A stretch of DNA of 64,000 nt from Candidatus Bipolaricaulota bacterium (GTDB lineage Bacteria; Bipolaricaulota; Bipolaricaulia; M55B111). This document shows positions 55,459 through 64,000 of the stretch, piece after piece. Both the position numbers and the translations under genes were made by a program. Each line of letters opens with the position of its first letter. The first letter of the stretch is position 1. Below the pieces are notes generated by a model, which did not search any database, was not told the DNA's origin, and saw only the letters and a program-made list of their open reading frames with translations. The stretch spans positions 611 through 64,610 of the forward strand of contig JAGYME010000006.1 of NCBI GenBank assembly GCA_018400715.1, read 5' to 3'.

Positions 55459-57201
55459 TCATTCCAAAATTCCGGCTGCACCGTCTCTCCGATAGGACCC
55501 CACGCCGATCAACATATTATTTTCAGTTACGTGAACGGCATTAACCCCACCAAAGTAGAGGTCGAGTTCCGGGTACAATCGTATTTTGTGCCCCATATCT
55601 TTCAACGCCTCGAGCGTGCTTTCAGGATACCCCCCCTCCATCCTTAGTTTTTCATACCACATTCGGCTTGTAAACTTTGGTGATTTGATTGCTTCAGTGA
55701 GGGGCATGTTGAAATCTACTACGTTCACAATCGTTTCCACTATCGTGGTCGGTATTCTGCCGGCACCTGGCGTACCGACCACCAGATAGACGGAATTGTC
55801 CTTATGGCGCCTAACTATTGTCGGGGCGACCACTGTCCTGGGACGCTTGTAGGGCGCAATTGTGTTAAGTGTCCTGTACGCTGGAGCGGTGAAATTATGG
55901 ATTTCGTTGTTTAGCACAAACCCATATTCCTCGATAAATAGTTGTGAGCCCCAGAAGTAGCTATTGGTATTCGTCATACTAACTGCGTTTCCACCGCCAT
56001 CCACGACGCTGATCTGTGTCGTAGATGGAGAGGAATTCGCTCCAACGGGTTCACCCATCGGTTCAAATTCACCAGGCTTACCTTCAGGGACGTTAAAACT
56101 TCTCTCCTCCATCGCTTTGCCCATGTCGATCAGTTTGGCCCTTTCTATGGCAAATTCGTCAGAGGCCAGTCCTTTCAATGGGATGTCCACGAAGTCCGGA
56201 TCCCCCCGGAAAGTCGCACCGTCCCTCGATCCGAGCATTGTTGCCTGGGAAATCAAGTGAACGACCATCGGGTGGTCGTAACTCCCAAAATTGCTTAGGT
56301 TAAAATTCTCGAGAATGTTAAGTTCCTCGATCACTATGGCTCCACCTACCGGTGGTGGAGCACTGATCACCTTGAAATCTCTGTAGTCGCTCGCTACTGG
56401 CTTCCGCTCCACTGGCTCGTACCTTGCCAGATCCTCTTTAGATATCCATCCTCCGGTCGCCTCTTCTATCGCATCGGCGATTTTGCCTTCGTAGAAACCA
56501 CTAGGCCCCTCCCTGGCAAGTATTCCCAGGGCGTCTGCCAGTTCCGGGTTTTTGATCGTGGTGCCGATCTCGGGAAGAAGTCCCTCATTGAGAAATCTCT
56601 TGGAGATCGTTGTCAGGTTGTACTTTTCCGGATTATCAATCATGTTCTCGTAGAAACCGTGAGCGGAAAGGGTCTCGTAGAATACCTTATCTACAGGAAA
56701 GCCATTTCGTGCAAGATCGATTGCTGGCTGGAGCACTTCCATTAACGCCATCGTGCCGTACTTGTTGAGAGAATGGACCAGGCCAGCAACGACGCCAGGC
56801 ACCGCAGCGCCTTCTGGTCCATAGTTCACTTCGATATCTGTTTCCTCGGTAACGTGGCCAGGAGCGATTGATTTGTAATCGACCACCACGTCCGTTCCAT
56901 CAGCCAGAGCAATCGTGGCAACGCCCTCTCCACCAAGCCCTGAGGCATACGGCTCAACTACGGAGAGAACGAATGCAGTTGCTACCGCGGCATCGACTGC
57001 ATTTCCGCCCTTGGCAAGAATCTCGGCTCCAGCTCTTGAAGCCAGGCGGTGAGCTGACGCCACCATCCCCCTGTCGCTGACACCAACCTGCGAAACCGTG
57101 ACGGAATCTTCCGCCGCCAGCACGGGTGACAAGCTCAACAGGACAAGTAAAAAGGCAATGAAAAACGTTGCGCCAAAACGAATTCTTCTGTCTCCAACCA
57201 T
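55459..57201 (-). CDS. ggt: gamma-glutamyltranspeptidase (Ntn hydrolase)
   Basis: 580 aa with a signal peptide. Autoprocessing/catalytic Thr block PSTTQISVVDGGGNAVSMTNT, plus GGEG and GSPGG-type blocks. Confidence 0.9.
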   Translation of the reverse strand: MVGDRRIRFGATFFIAFLLVLLSLSPVLAAEDSVTVSQVGVSDRGMVASAHRLASRAGAEILAKGGNAVDAAVATAFVLSVVEPYASGLGGEGVATIALADGTDVVVDYKSIAPGHVTEETDIEVNYGPEGAAVPGVVAGLVHSLNKYGTMALMEVLQPAIDLARNGFPVDKVFYETLSAHGFYENMIDNPEKYNLTTISKRFLNEGLLPEIGTTIKNPELADALGILAREGPSGFYEGKIADAIEEATGGWISKEDLARYEPVERKPVASDYRDFKVISAPPPVGGAIVIEELNILENFNLSNFGSYDHPMVVHLISQATMLGSRDGATFRGDPDFVDIPLKGLASDEFAIERAKLIDMGKAMEERSFNVPEGKPGEFEPMGEPVGANSSPSTTQISVVDGGGNAVSMTNTNSYFWGSQLFIEEYGFVLNNEIHNFTAPAYRTLNTIAPYKRPRTVVAPTIVRRHKDNSVYLVVGTPGAGRIPTTIVETIVNVVDFNMPLTEAIKSPKFTSRMWYEKLRMEGGYPESTLEALKDMGHKIRLYPELDLYFGGVNAVHVTENNMLIGVGSYRRDGAAGILE

Positions 57202-57458
57202 AGGTATAACCTCCCTTTAACATTTCACCAAAAAGTAAATAACAGTTGGCAATTTTTGGGTACCACCCAGAGATATTGTATATCCAATCTGGAAAATATT
57301 GCAATAAAGTCGATTCGACCTGTAACGCTGATCGTTAGATCAATAGGTTGTGCACTTCTCCTTATAGACTCTTGGTCGCCAGAAATCGTGGAGCTTGAAA
57401 ATGGTTGCGCAGGTCTTACTTCCCCTTGCCTTTTAATTCCCCACAAATATAGATAATA

Positions 57459-58676
57459 TTGGTTAAATTCACGGTGATCATTGTGGGAACGATCGTTAAA
57501 ATCTCCATATTTGCAGCAATCATACTGTATCTCGCCGTCGAAAAATACCTGCTCGATTACTGGCGGGATAGGACCTCCGTGAGAATTTGCGTTACAGGAA
57601 CGAGGGGAAAGAGCAGCGTGGTACGGTTAGTACATGCCGGGTTAAATCAGGCGGACACGGGCTTTATCGGCAAGGTGACTGGATCCCGTGCGACCTATAT
57701 TAACCCAGATGGAAACGAGGATAAGATCAAAAGGCGCGGACCGCCCTCTATTCTAGAGCAGCGTAAATTGCTTCTCAGGGCCTTTCGGCAGGAAACTGGA
57801 GGGTTCGTGGCCGAGATTATGAGCATCAGTCCGGAGAATCACCTGATCGAAGCAAACAGGTTACTCAAGCCGAATTACCTCGTGGTAACCCGGATCCAAA
57901 AGGACCATACATTTAGAATGGGCAAAACGAAACAGGAAATTGCCCAGACAATTGGGCTTACTGTTTCCGACCAGGCGAAGGTGCTTCTGTCTAACCGCGA
58001 CCTGCTCCGGCTTGCACCTGAGGCCTTTGCGGGAAAAGACTTAGAAGTAGTCTTCCCCTCCGATGATCTACTCCCGATCGCGGGAAGGATCATGGGAAAG
58101 TTACCTTATTTCGAGTTTACGGAGAACGTAATTCTCGCACTTGAGGTCTGCCGAAGTGTCGGGGTAGAGGTTGACAAAGCAGCAGACGCTATGGCAAAAA
58201 CGGAACCCGATCTTGGCAGTCTCAGGGCTTGGACGTTAAGAGGGAGGAAGAGTACCAGGCCAGATATCGCTGTCAGTGCGTTTGCCACAAACAACCCGGC
58301 ATCTGCCCGGCACGCGTTCGAGCGCATCTCTCGTGAAATCTCTGTCGATTCTTTACAGATCACGGGCATATTGAACGTTCGGGAGGACAGAGGTGCTCGG
58401 TCAAACCAGTGGATATCACAGTTGAATTCAGAATTTCCTATAAAATTTGACCGGCTGATAGTTACGGGCACGGGAGCTAATGCGGTAGGGAGGAAACTGA
58501 CGAATGCTAGATTTGAAGCACGAGTCACCACTGAAGCGTCACCCGAAGAGATTACGAAAAGGGCTACGGAGGGAAACAGCAAGGGGACGCTTATTTTTGG
58601 CTTCGGCAACATCAAGGGCGGGGGGGAAGAAATGATAGGTTACTGGTCAAGGGTAGGAGAGGCCTATGGTACTTGA
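57459..58676 (+). CDS. pgsB: poly-gamma-glutamate synthase PgsB/CapB (Mur-ligase-like)
   Basis: N-terminal TM helix, P-loop VTGTRGKSSVVRL, and collinear blocks with B. subtilis PgsB (..E.MS/AV.P......; GFGNIKGGGEE near the C-terminus). Start uncertain: TTG 57459 or GTG 57474. Confidence 0.8.
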   Translation: MVKFTVIIVGTIVKISIFAAIILYLAVEKYLLDYWRDRTSVRICVTGTRGKSSVVRLVHAGLNQADTGFIGKVTGSRATYINPDGNEDKIKRRGPPSILEQRKLLLRAFRQETGGFVAEIMSISPENHLIEANRLLKPNYLVVTRIQKDHTFRMGKTKQEIAQTIGLTVSDQAKVLLSNRDLLRLAPEAFAGKDLEVVFPSDDLLPIAGRIMGKLPYFEFTENVILALEVCRSVGVEVDKAADAMAKTEPDLGSLRAWTLRGRKSTRPDIAVSAFATNNPASARHAFERISREISVDSLQITGILNVREDRGARSNQWISQLNSEFPIKFDRLIVTGTGANAVGRKLTNARFEARVTTEASPEEITKRATEGNSKGTLIFGFGNIKGGGEEMIGYWSRVGEAYGT

Positions 58677-59100
58677 GACCATGTTCATCGGATTGGCATG
58701 TAGCATGTTGTTCGTTGAGCTTACGGGATTTTACGCCGGCGGTATCATAGTTCCTGGTTACATCGCCCTGTACGTGGATAGTCCCCTACGGATAGCTGGA
58801 ACGGTAATCATTGCCATTTTGACCCTGATCTCCTATAACTTCTTCTCCCGATATTTAATCATGTACGGCCGGAGGCGGTTCGTGATCATGATCCTTATTG
58901 GCTCACTATGGACCGTCCTCGGTTACCAGGTGTTGCCGAACTACTTTCCCGAAATGATAGAGTTACGAGCAATCGGCTGGGTAATACCCGGCTTGATCGC
59001 AAATACTTTCCAAAAACAGGGTATCCTGGTGACAATGGCCAGCCTGGCCGTAGTGTCAGCACTAACCTATTTCATCATCACGGTAACCCTCATAATCTAA
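58666..59100 (+). CDS. pgsC: poly-gamma-glutamate synthase membrane subunit PgsC/CapC
   Basis: 144 aa, 4 TM helices. GGIIVPGYIALY, YGRRRF and IGWVIPGLIANT match the PgsC blocks (GLVVPGYLAL, YGRRKF, IVPGLIAN). Overlaps the pgsB stop. Confidence 0.85.
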   Translation: MVLETMFIGLACSMLFVELTGFYAGGIIVPGYIALYVDSPLRIAGTVIIAILTLISYNFFSRYLIMYGRRRFVIMILIGSLWTVLGYQVLPNYFPEMIELRAIGWVIPGLIANTFQKQGILVTMASLAVVSALTYFIITVTLII

Positions 59101-59210
59101 CAACAAGATTCATCGGTAGTGCGGAGTTACCTGAAGCAAGCGTAACTCTTTTTCTTATGGGACAAGTGAGGGCAATGCCAAGTTATTATTCGCTTACTTC
59201 TAGACTACCC

Positions 59211-59224
59211 ACCCCATATGGGGT
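59211..59224. promoter_or_regulatory. CsoR-type operator candidate 1
   Basis: Perfect palindrome ACCCCAT-ATGGGGT, upstream of a TATA-like AACGTATATACC. Confidence 0.45.
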
Positions 59225-59340
59225 CGCATATCTCCTCGATAATAAACGTATATACCTTGACGTAATAATTCCTAGAACTTACATATTACCGAAGATTCAA
59301 GTATTAGCTTGAGTGTGAGAAAATATCAATTATACTTCTA

Positions 59341-59364
59341 TTACCCCACGAGGGGGTGGGGTAA
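59341..59364. promoter_or_regulatory. CsoR-type operator candidate 2
   Basis: TTACCCCAC-gagggg-GTGGGGTAA (9-bp arms), ending 13 nt before the copA ATG 59377. Confidence 0.55.
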
Positions 59365-59376
59365 GAGGTGAAATCT

Positions 59377-61914
59377 ATGACGAAAGACAAAGACGTAAAT
59401 AACGATAGATCGCGGGATAAAACTACTCAAAAAGAGAGAACTGATCTTGAGATAGAGGGTATGACCTGCGCCTCATGTGCCCAGGCAGTCGAGAAGGGAC
59501 TTGCCAATCTGGAGGGCACGGAGGGCGTAAACGTAAATATCGCCACCGACAAGGCCTCTCTTGCTTACGATCCGGACAAGGTAAGCAAAAAAGATATGGC
59601 AGAAGCAGTCGAGAGGGCAGGATACCGAGTGGCGAGAGACGAAGCAGGAAAGGCGGAGCTGGACATCGAAGGCATGACCTGCGCCACCTGCTCGCAGGCC
59701 GTAGAAGTCGCGCTAGGGGACTTAGAGGGCGTGGACGAGGCCAACGTCAATCTAGCAACCGAAAAGGCAGCCCTTAGCTTTAATCCCGCCGAGGTCGGCT
59801 ACGACGAGTTCAAGAAAGCGGTGGAAGAGGCGGGATACGGAGTAAAGAAAGAAAGGGAAGGTGAAAGAGAAAGAAGCAAGCTCGAGGAGAGCCAGCGGGA
59901 GGTGGAGAAGGCGAAAAAGGAGATGGCGTGGACCTGGGCTTTCGTTGCCCCGATCATCGCCTGGATGGTCCCCGAGATGATCACCGGGGTCAAGTGGCCC
60001 TCTCCGCTCGTATTCGACGCCGGGATGATAATTCTTGCCACGCCAGCGCTCCTGTGGACTGGCAGAGAGACACTAAGGAGCGGATTTACGTCGGCACGAC
60101 ACCTTTCGCCAAACATGGATACGCTGATAATGATGGGGTCCGCCACGGCGTACTTTACCGGATACGTAACGGTCCTGAGCGAATTTGGACTTGCGCCCCG
60201 GCTGTTGAACTATTCTGGAGTCGGTGCAATGATCATGGGATTCCACCTAACCGGGCGATACATTGAAACTAAGGCCAAGGGTAGAGCTTCGGAAGCGATC
60301 CAGAAGCTTATGACGCTGGAGGCAAAGACAGCCCGCGTCGAGCGGGACGGCCGCGAGGTAGAGATACCCGTAGACGAGGTAGAAGTCGGCAACCTGATGG
60401 TCGTCCGCCCCGGCGAGAAGATACCCACCGATGGAGTCGTTAGAGACGGGGTATCTTCCGTGGACGAATCCATTGCTACCGGCGAGTCAATGCCCGTGGA
60501 GAAGTCCGAGGGAGACGAAGTCATCGGAGCAACCGTCAACAAGCAGGGAGTCCTCAAGGTAGAGGCGACCGGCGTGGGAGAGGATACGTTCCTGTCGCAG
60601 GTCGTAAGGCTGGTCGAGGAAGCCCAGGGGACGAAAGTTCCCATTCAGAACTTTGCCGATAGGGTGACTACCTTCTTCGTGCCCACGGTTATCAGCATTG
60701 CGCTTATCACAATTGCCATATGGCTTGGTTTCTCAGGGACCTTCCAGGACCTGGCAACCTGGGCGTCTTCGTTTATTCCCTGGGTTGACCCGGGCCTAGG
60801 AGTGATTTCGCTTTCGCTTTTCGCCGGGATATCCGTGCTGGTAATCGCGTGTCCCTGTGCCCTGGGTCTGGCAACACCAACCGCCCTGATGGTCGGCTCC
60901 GGTAAGGGTGCGGAAAATGGGGTACTGATCAGGAAAGGCGAGGCTATCCAGACGATGAAGGACGTCGGAACCGTGATTTTGGACAAGACCGGCACTATTA
61001 CTGAAGGGAAGCCCGGAGTTACGGACGTAATTTCCCAAAACGATTCTCAGGAAGAACTAATCAAGCTCGCGGCCTCAGCAGAACAGGGGTCCGAACACCC
61101 CCTCGGAGAAGCGATAGTCGAAGCGGCAGAGGAAAAAGACCTGAAGTTACAGGACGTCACCGACTTCTCTGCTCTAGTTGGTCAGGGAATAGAGGCAAAG
61201 TTAAACGGGGACAGACTGCTGGTCGGAAACCGTGACCTTATGGAGGAAAACGACGTCAACTACGGAGCCGTAGAAGGAACAGTGAAGGGGTTAGAGGAAG
61301 AGGCCAAGACCGCGGTGATCGTGGCAAGAAACCAGGACGTCCTCGGAGTTATCGGCGTGGCAGATCAGCTAAAGGAAGACTCGGTCGACGCCATAGCGGA
61401 ACTGAAAAAGCTCGGATTGGAGCCGGTGATGATAACCGGCGACAACGAACGCACCGGAAGGGCGATCGCGGACAAGGTAGGAATCGACAGGGTAATAGCG
61501 GAGGTCATGCCCAACGAGAAACGTGACGAGGTCATGAGGCTCCAGGACCGGAGAGAGAACGTGGCCATGGTCGGGGATGGGATAAACGACGCACCGGCGC
61601 TGAAGCAGGCGAACGTGGGAATTGCTATTGGATCGGGAACGGATATCGCCATCGAGGCGGCAGACATCACGCTGGTTAAGGGAGACCTCTCCGCCGTGGT
61701 GAAGGCTGTCAAGCTGTCAGAGGCCACCTTTGCCAAGATCAAGGGGAACCTCTTTTGGGCCTTCTTCTACAACACGGTCGCCATACCTATAGCGGTCATG
61801 GGCCTACTCCATCCGGCGATAGCCGAGATGGCGATGGCGTTTTCCTCGATAAACGTTGTTACCAACTCGAACAGGTTGAAGGGAGTCGATATTAGTCCGA
61901 GTTATCAGTCGTGA
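59377..61914 (+). CDS. copA: copper-translocating P1B-type ATPase with two N-terminal HMA domains
   Basis: [12 protein letters not shown] and [15 protein letters not shown] ([12 protein letters not shown]); [20 protein letters not shown] 59377 follows GAGGTG (the track start GTG 59368 lies within the SD). Confidence 0.95.
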   Translation: MTKDKDVNNDRSRDKTTQKERTDLEIEGMTCASCAQAVEKGLANLEGTEGVNVNIATDKASLAYDPDKVSKKDMAEAVERAGYRVARDEAGKAELDIEGMTCATCSQAVEVALGDLEGVDEANVNLATEKAALSFNPAEVGYDEFKKAVEEAGYGVKKEREGERERSKLEESQREVEKAKKEMAWTWAFVAPIIAWMVPEMITGVKWPSPLVFDAGMIILATPALLWTGRETLRSGFTSARHLSPNMDTLIMMGSATAYFTGYVTVLSEFGLAPRLLNYSGVGAMIMGFHLTGRYIETKAKGRASEAIQKLMTLEAKTARVERDGREVEIPVDEVEVGNLMVVRPGEKIPTDGVVRDGVSSVDESIATGESMPVEKSEGDEVIGATVNKQGVLKVEATGVGEDTFLSQVVRLVEEAQGTKVPIQNFADRVTTFFVPTVISIALITIAIWLGFSGTFQDLATWASSFIPWVDPGLGVISLSLFAGISVLVIACPCALGLATPTALMVGSGKGAENGVLIRKGEAIQTMKDVGTVILDKTGTITEGKPGVTDVISQNDSQEELIKLAASAEQGSEHPLGEAIVEAAEEKDLKLQDVTDFSALVGQGIEAKLNGDRLLVGNRDLMEENDVNYGAVEGTVKGLEEEAKTAVIVARNQDVLGVIGVADQLKEDSVDAIAELKKLGLEPVMITGDNERTGRAIADKVGIDRVIAEVMPNEKRDEVMRLQDRRENVAMVGDGINDAPALKQANVGIAIGSGTDIAIEAADITLVKGDLSAVVKAVKLSEATFAKIKGNLFWAFFYNTVAIPIAVMGLLHPAIAEMAMAFSSINVVTNSNRLKGVDISPSYQS

Positions 61915-61943
61915 TTGTTTCTAGAAAAGGAGAGTGATACCAA

Positions 61944-62282
61944 ATGCCCTGTAACGACTACAGCGAACTCCCCGTGGACGAGGAAGGAGACGAAACGAAG
62001 GGGAGTCTCGAGCACCTTCCAGAGGAAAAACGAGAAGCCTTAAACCGGATAAGGACCGTTATCGGTCACTCGCGCGGGATAGAGAAGATGATCGAGGAGG
62101 AGAGGTACTGCATAGATATCCTCAAGCAGATCGCGGCCGTCCAGTCGTCACTGTCCAAACTCGCCAACCTGCTGACCAAGGACCACATGCGGGTCTGCGT
62201 AACAGAGGCAATACGTGAAGGAGAGGGCGAGGAAAAGATAGAGGAACTGGCGGAGGTATTGAAGTACCTGCGGAGCGCGTGA
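61944..62282 (+). CDS. csoR: CsoR/RcnR-family metal-sensing repressor
   Basis: 112 aa. C-H-C ligand pattern (RYCIDIL ... DHMRVC) within the DUF156 helical-bundle pattern. Confidence 0.85.
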   Translation: MPCNDYSELPVDEEGDETKGSLEHLPEEKREALNRIRTVIGHSRGIEKMIEEERYCIDILKQIAAVQSSLSKLANLLTKDHMRVCVTEAIREGEGEEKIEELAEVLKYLRSA

Positions 62283-62432
62283 CCTAACCATTCAGGTCTA
62301 GGTAAGAATAGGTCTCGGATTTGACCCAACTGACCTCCGAAACATCCAGCTTGTAGCCTTCCAACTTATTAACAATCCACAATTGGTGTACAATAACACA
62401 TATTTTGGTTATTATAATTCTGAGGGAAAAAT

Positions 62433-62825
62433 ATGGAAAGAAGCGAAGACTGGATGGCCGAGGCGCGCGGAGACCTAAAGCACGGCGAGGATGACTTAAA
62501 AGGTGGATATTACAATTGGGCTTGCTTTTCCGCCCAGCAATCGGCCGAAAAGGCACTTAAGGGGGTCTTTCAACGAATCGGCGCCGAGACGTGGGGTCAT
62601 TCTGTTGGCGACCTGCTTGAAGAACTGGCAAAACGGTTCGACGTGTCGGAGGAGTTGAGGGGTGCGGCCCTGGAACTTGACAAAGCTTATATCCCGACTC
62701 GGTATCCAGACGCCCATCCATCGGGTTCCCCTAAGGATAGGTACACGAAAGACGAAGCCAGGAGGTTACTCGATCATGCCGAACGAATCTTCGAGTTCAG
62801 TGCGGATATCTTATCCGAAATATGA
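62433..62825 (+). CDS. HEPN domain protein (toxin-like partner of MNT)
   Basis: 130 aa. HEPN-like A..SAEKALKG and the R..D.H region (YIPTRYPDAHP). Confidence 0.8.
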   Translation: MERSEDWMAEARGDLKHGEDDLKGGYYNWACFSAQQSAEKALKGVFQRIGAETWGHSVGDLLEELAKRFDVSEELRGAALELDKAYIPTRYPDAHPSGSPKDRYTKDEARRLLDHAERIFEFSADILSEI

Positions 62826-63138
62826 CCGGAAAGAAGTAATCGAGCTGATAAAGGAAAAGCTCCCCGAGCTGAACGAGAAGATGCCCTTGAAGAAAGTAGT
62901 CTTGTTTGGTTCCTACGCCAGGGGAAACTTTACAGCTGCGAGCGACATCGACCTCTTGGTCATTTACCGTGGCAAACCAGCAAAAGACACTTTCCGAGTT
63001 GTAAAAGAAACCCTGGAAATTTCCAGGCTAGAACCACACATCTACTCAGAAGAAGAGTATGAAGAGTCAAAGCAAGTCGTGAAGAGGATGGAGAAAGGAG
63101 GTGTAGTTTTGTGGAACAATCAGGACAACCCAAGGTAA
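62776..63138 (+). CDS. minimal nucleotidyltransferase (MNT) domain protein
   Basis: LFGSYARGNFTAASDIDLLV (GS..(x)n..DxD) motif. ATG 62776 lies 10 nt after AGGAGGT (preferred over the track start 62662). Overlaps the HEPN gene by 50 nt. Confidence 0.8.
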   Translation: MPNESSSSVRISYPKYDRKEVIELIKEKLPELNEKMPLKKVVLFGSYARGNFTAASDIDLLVIYRGKPAKDTFRVVKETLEISRLEPHIYSEEEYEESKQVVKRMEKGGVVLWNNQDNPR

Positions 63139-63596
63139 GTATCAATGAACTGGCCCAACAGATGAATGCTCAGCCCGACGAGATGCCGATATTCTACGAC
63201 AAGGCCGAAGGAGAGTTTATTCCCATAGAGGACCGTTTCTTCCGTGCGGTGGAGGACGGGGAAACGGAAGAATATTACTCTACGGATTGGGAGAAGGAAA
63301 CATTTCGGAAAGCTCAAGATATTTGGGAGTCTGATAAATACGTAAGAATCCCTTCGAACTTCGAGATCCACGAGTGGGAGATAATGAAGGACTTCTGTTA
63401 CACGGTCGACGATGAAAACATCAGGGATGACCTGCTAAACGCAATTCACGGCCGAGGCGCATTTAGGATGTTTAAGGACAAAATAATCCACTATGGGATC
63501 AGACAGGACTGGTTTGACTTCCGCGACGAACAGTTCGCAGAAATCGCCAGGCGATGGTGCGATTCGAATGATTTAGATTATACGGAAGATCAGTAA
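63111..63596 (+). CDS. UPF0158-family protein
   Basis: C-terminal NAIHGRGAFRMFKDKI...DWFDF matches the UPF0158 hallmark (G.GAFRRFKD). GTG 63111 lies 8 nt after AAGGAGGTG. Overlaps the MNT gene by 28 nt. Confidence 0.6.
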   Translation: MEQSGQPKVSINELAQQMNAQPDEMPIFYDKAEGEFIPIEDRFFRAVEDGETEEYYSTDWEKETFRKAQDIWESDKYVRIPSNFEIHEWEIMKDFCYTVDDENIRDDLLNAIHGRGAFRMFKDKIIHYGIRQDWFDFRDEQFAEIARRWCDSNDLDYTEDQ

Positions 63597-63876
63597 TTCT
63601 AGGGTCTGGCCTTGAATCTTGAAAAACCAGACTCATATGACTCATAGTTTCATCATAACCAGATATAGGCCTTATGGGCGTCACTGAAATACTCCAGAAA
63701 ATGGTAAACTGGCCATGGAAACCCCGTATCGTTTCTGCAAATAAAATAGATGAACCATATACTGACGGAGATATTTTCCATTCCAGGAGACCATATTCGT
63801 GAAGAGACTCCATAATTTCGATAGCACAACTTCGATATTTCCATATAAAGAAAAATCCGTGGAGTGAGGTAAACCC

Positions 63877-64000
63877 ATGAGCATAATTGATGATCTCGTT
63901 ACTCAAAACAGGGTTCCGGTAGGGACTTTTCTATTCTCAAAATCACAAGCGGCCCTGGAGGTAATTGCTGGTGCTGGATTCGATTTCGTGGTAATCGGGA
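63877..64000 (+). CDS. HpcH/HpaI-family aldolase, N-terminal 41 aa only (runs off window end)
   Basis: ATG 63877 after GGAGTGAGG. MSIIDDLVTQNRVPVGTFLFSKSQAALEVIAGAGFDFVVIG matches the family's N-terminal pattern (G.W......P...E.....GFD...ID). Confidence 0.5.
   Translation, partial: MSIIDDLVTQNRVPVGTFLFSKSQAALEVIAGAGFDFVVIG

Noticed and set aside
58908-59312. 134-aa plus-strand ORF overlapping the pgsC 3' half and the copA upstream region
   Set aside because: It is out of frame with a well-supported PgsC, and the remainder covers the copA promoter/operator region.
62284-62717. Minus-strand ORFs (90 and 73 aa) opposite the csoR-HEPN spacer and the HEPN gene
   Set aside because: They have no SD and implausible composition, and they are antisense to a recognisable HEPN gene.
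63499-63906. 135-aa minus-strand ORF (and two nested ones) between the UPF0158 gene and the aldolase gene
   Set aside because: It overlaps both flanking plus-strand genes and has no recognisable motifs. The region more likely holds the aldolase promoter.
1-64000. Scan for CRISPR arrays, tRNA/rRNA genes, transposases or integrases, and prophage markers
   Set aside because: I found no direct-repeat/spacer pattern, no T-loop or acceptor-stem tRNA-like sequences, and no DDE, tyrosine- or serine-recombinase-like ORFs by eye. tRNAscan or Infernal and ISfinder searches would be needed to confirm.

Overview
Densely coding 64-kb prokaryotic chromosome segment with no rRNA, tRNA, CRISPR array or recognisable IS element. 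I read it as archaeal because of two tandem PurP (FAICAR synthetase) genes, a family that is essentially archaea-specific. However, the operons look bacterial, with strong Shine-Dalgarno sites, overlapping stop/start codons and hairpin-plus-T-run terminators. Content in order: a partial secreted protein; kdpFABC plus a tandem-USP gene; a divergent PiT-family transporter; and a six-gene envelope-glycan cluster (GH172-like, GT-C, SDR epimerase, UbiA/DPPR-synthase-like, PHP phosphatase, UPF0104 membrane protein). Then come a glycyl-radical enzyme with its activase, an MFS transporter, a secreted nucleoside-hydrolase-fold protein, and a complete trpEGDCFBA operon preceded by a Trp-codon-rich mini-ORF and a terminator-like hairpin. 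After the tandem purP genes lies an island of very large secreted proteins: a CARDB+CsgG-like protein, a 2267-aa protein with seven copies of an unrecognised Cys-rich module, and a 954-aa protein with about 550 aa of strict (Ala-X)n repeat. The rest holds an ATP-grasp ligase, a cold-shock protein, hemolysin-III, a poly-gamma-glutamate locus (pgsB, pgsC, GGT, two M14-like peptidases, permease), copA-csoR with CsoR-type operators, a HEPN/MNT/UPF0158 operon, and a partial HpcH-type aldolase. Best novelty candidates: the giant-protein/CsgG-like pair, the (Ala-X)n protein, the polyprenyl-phospho-pentose-like glycan cluster, the poly-gamma-glutamate locus in an archaeal-looking context, and the trp leader. 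All family assignments rest on motif recognition by eye, since no searches were possible.
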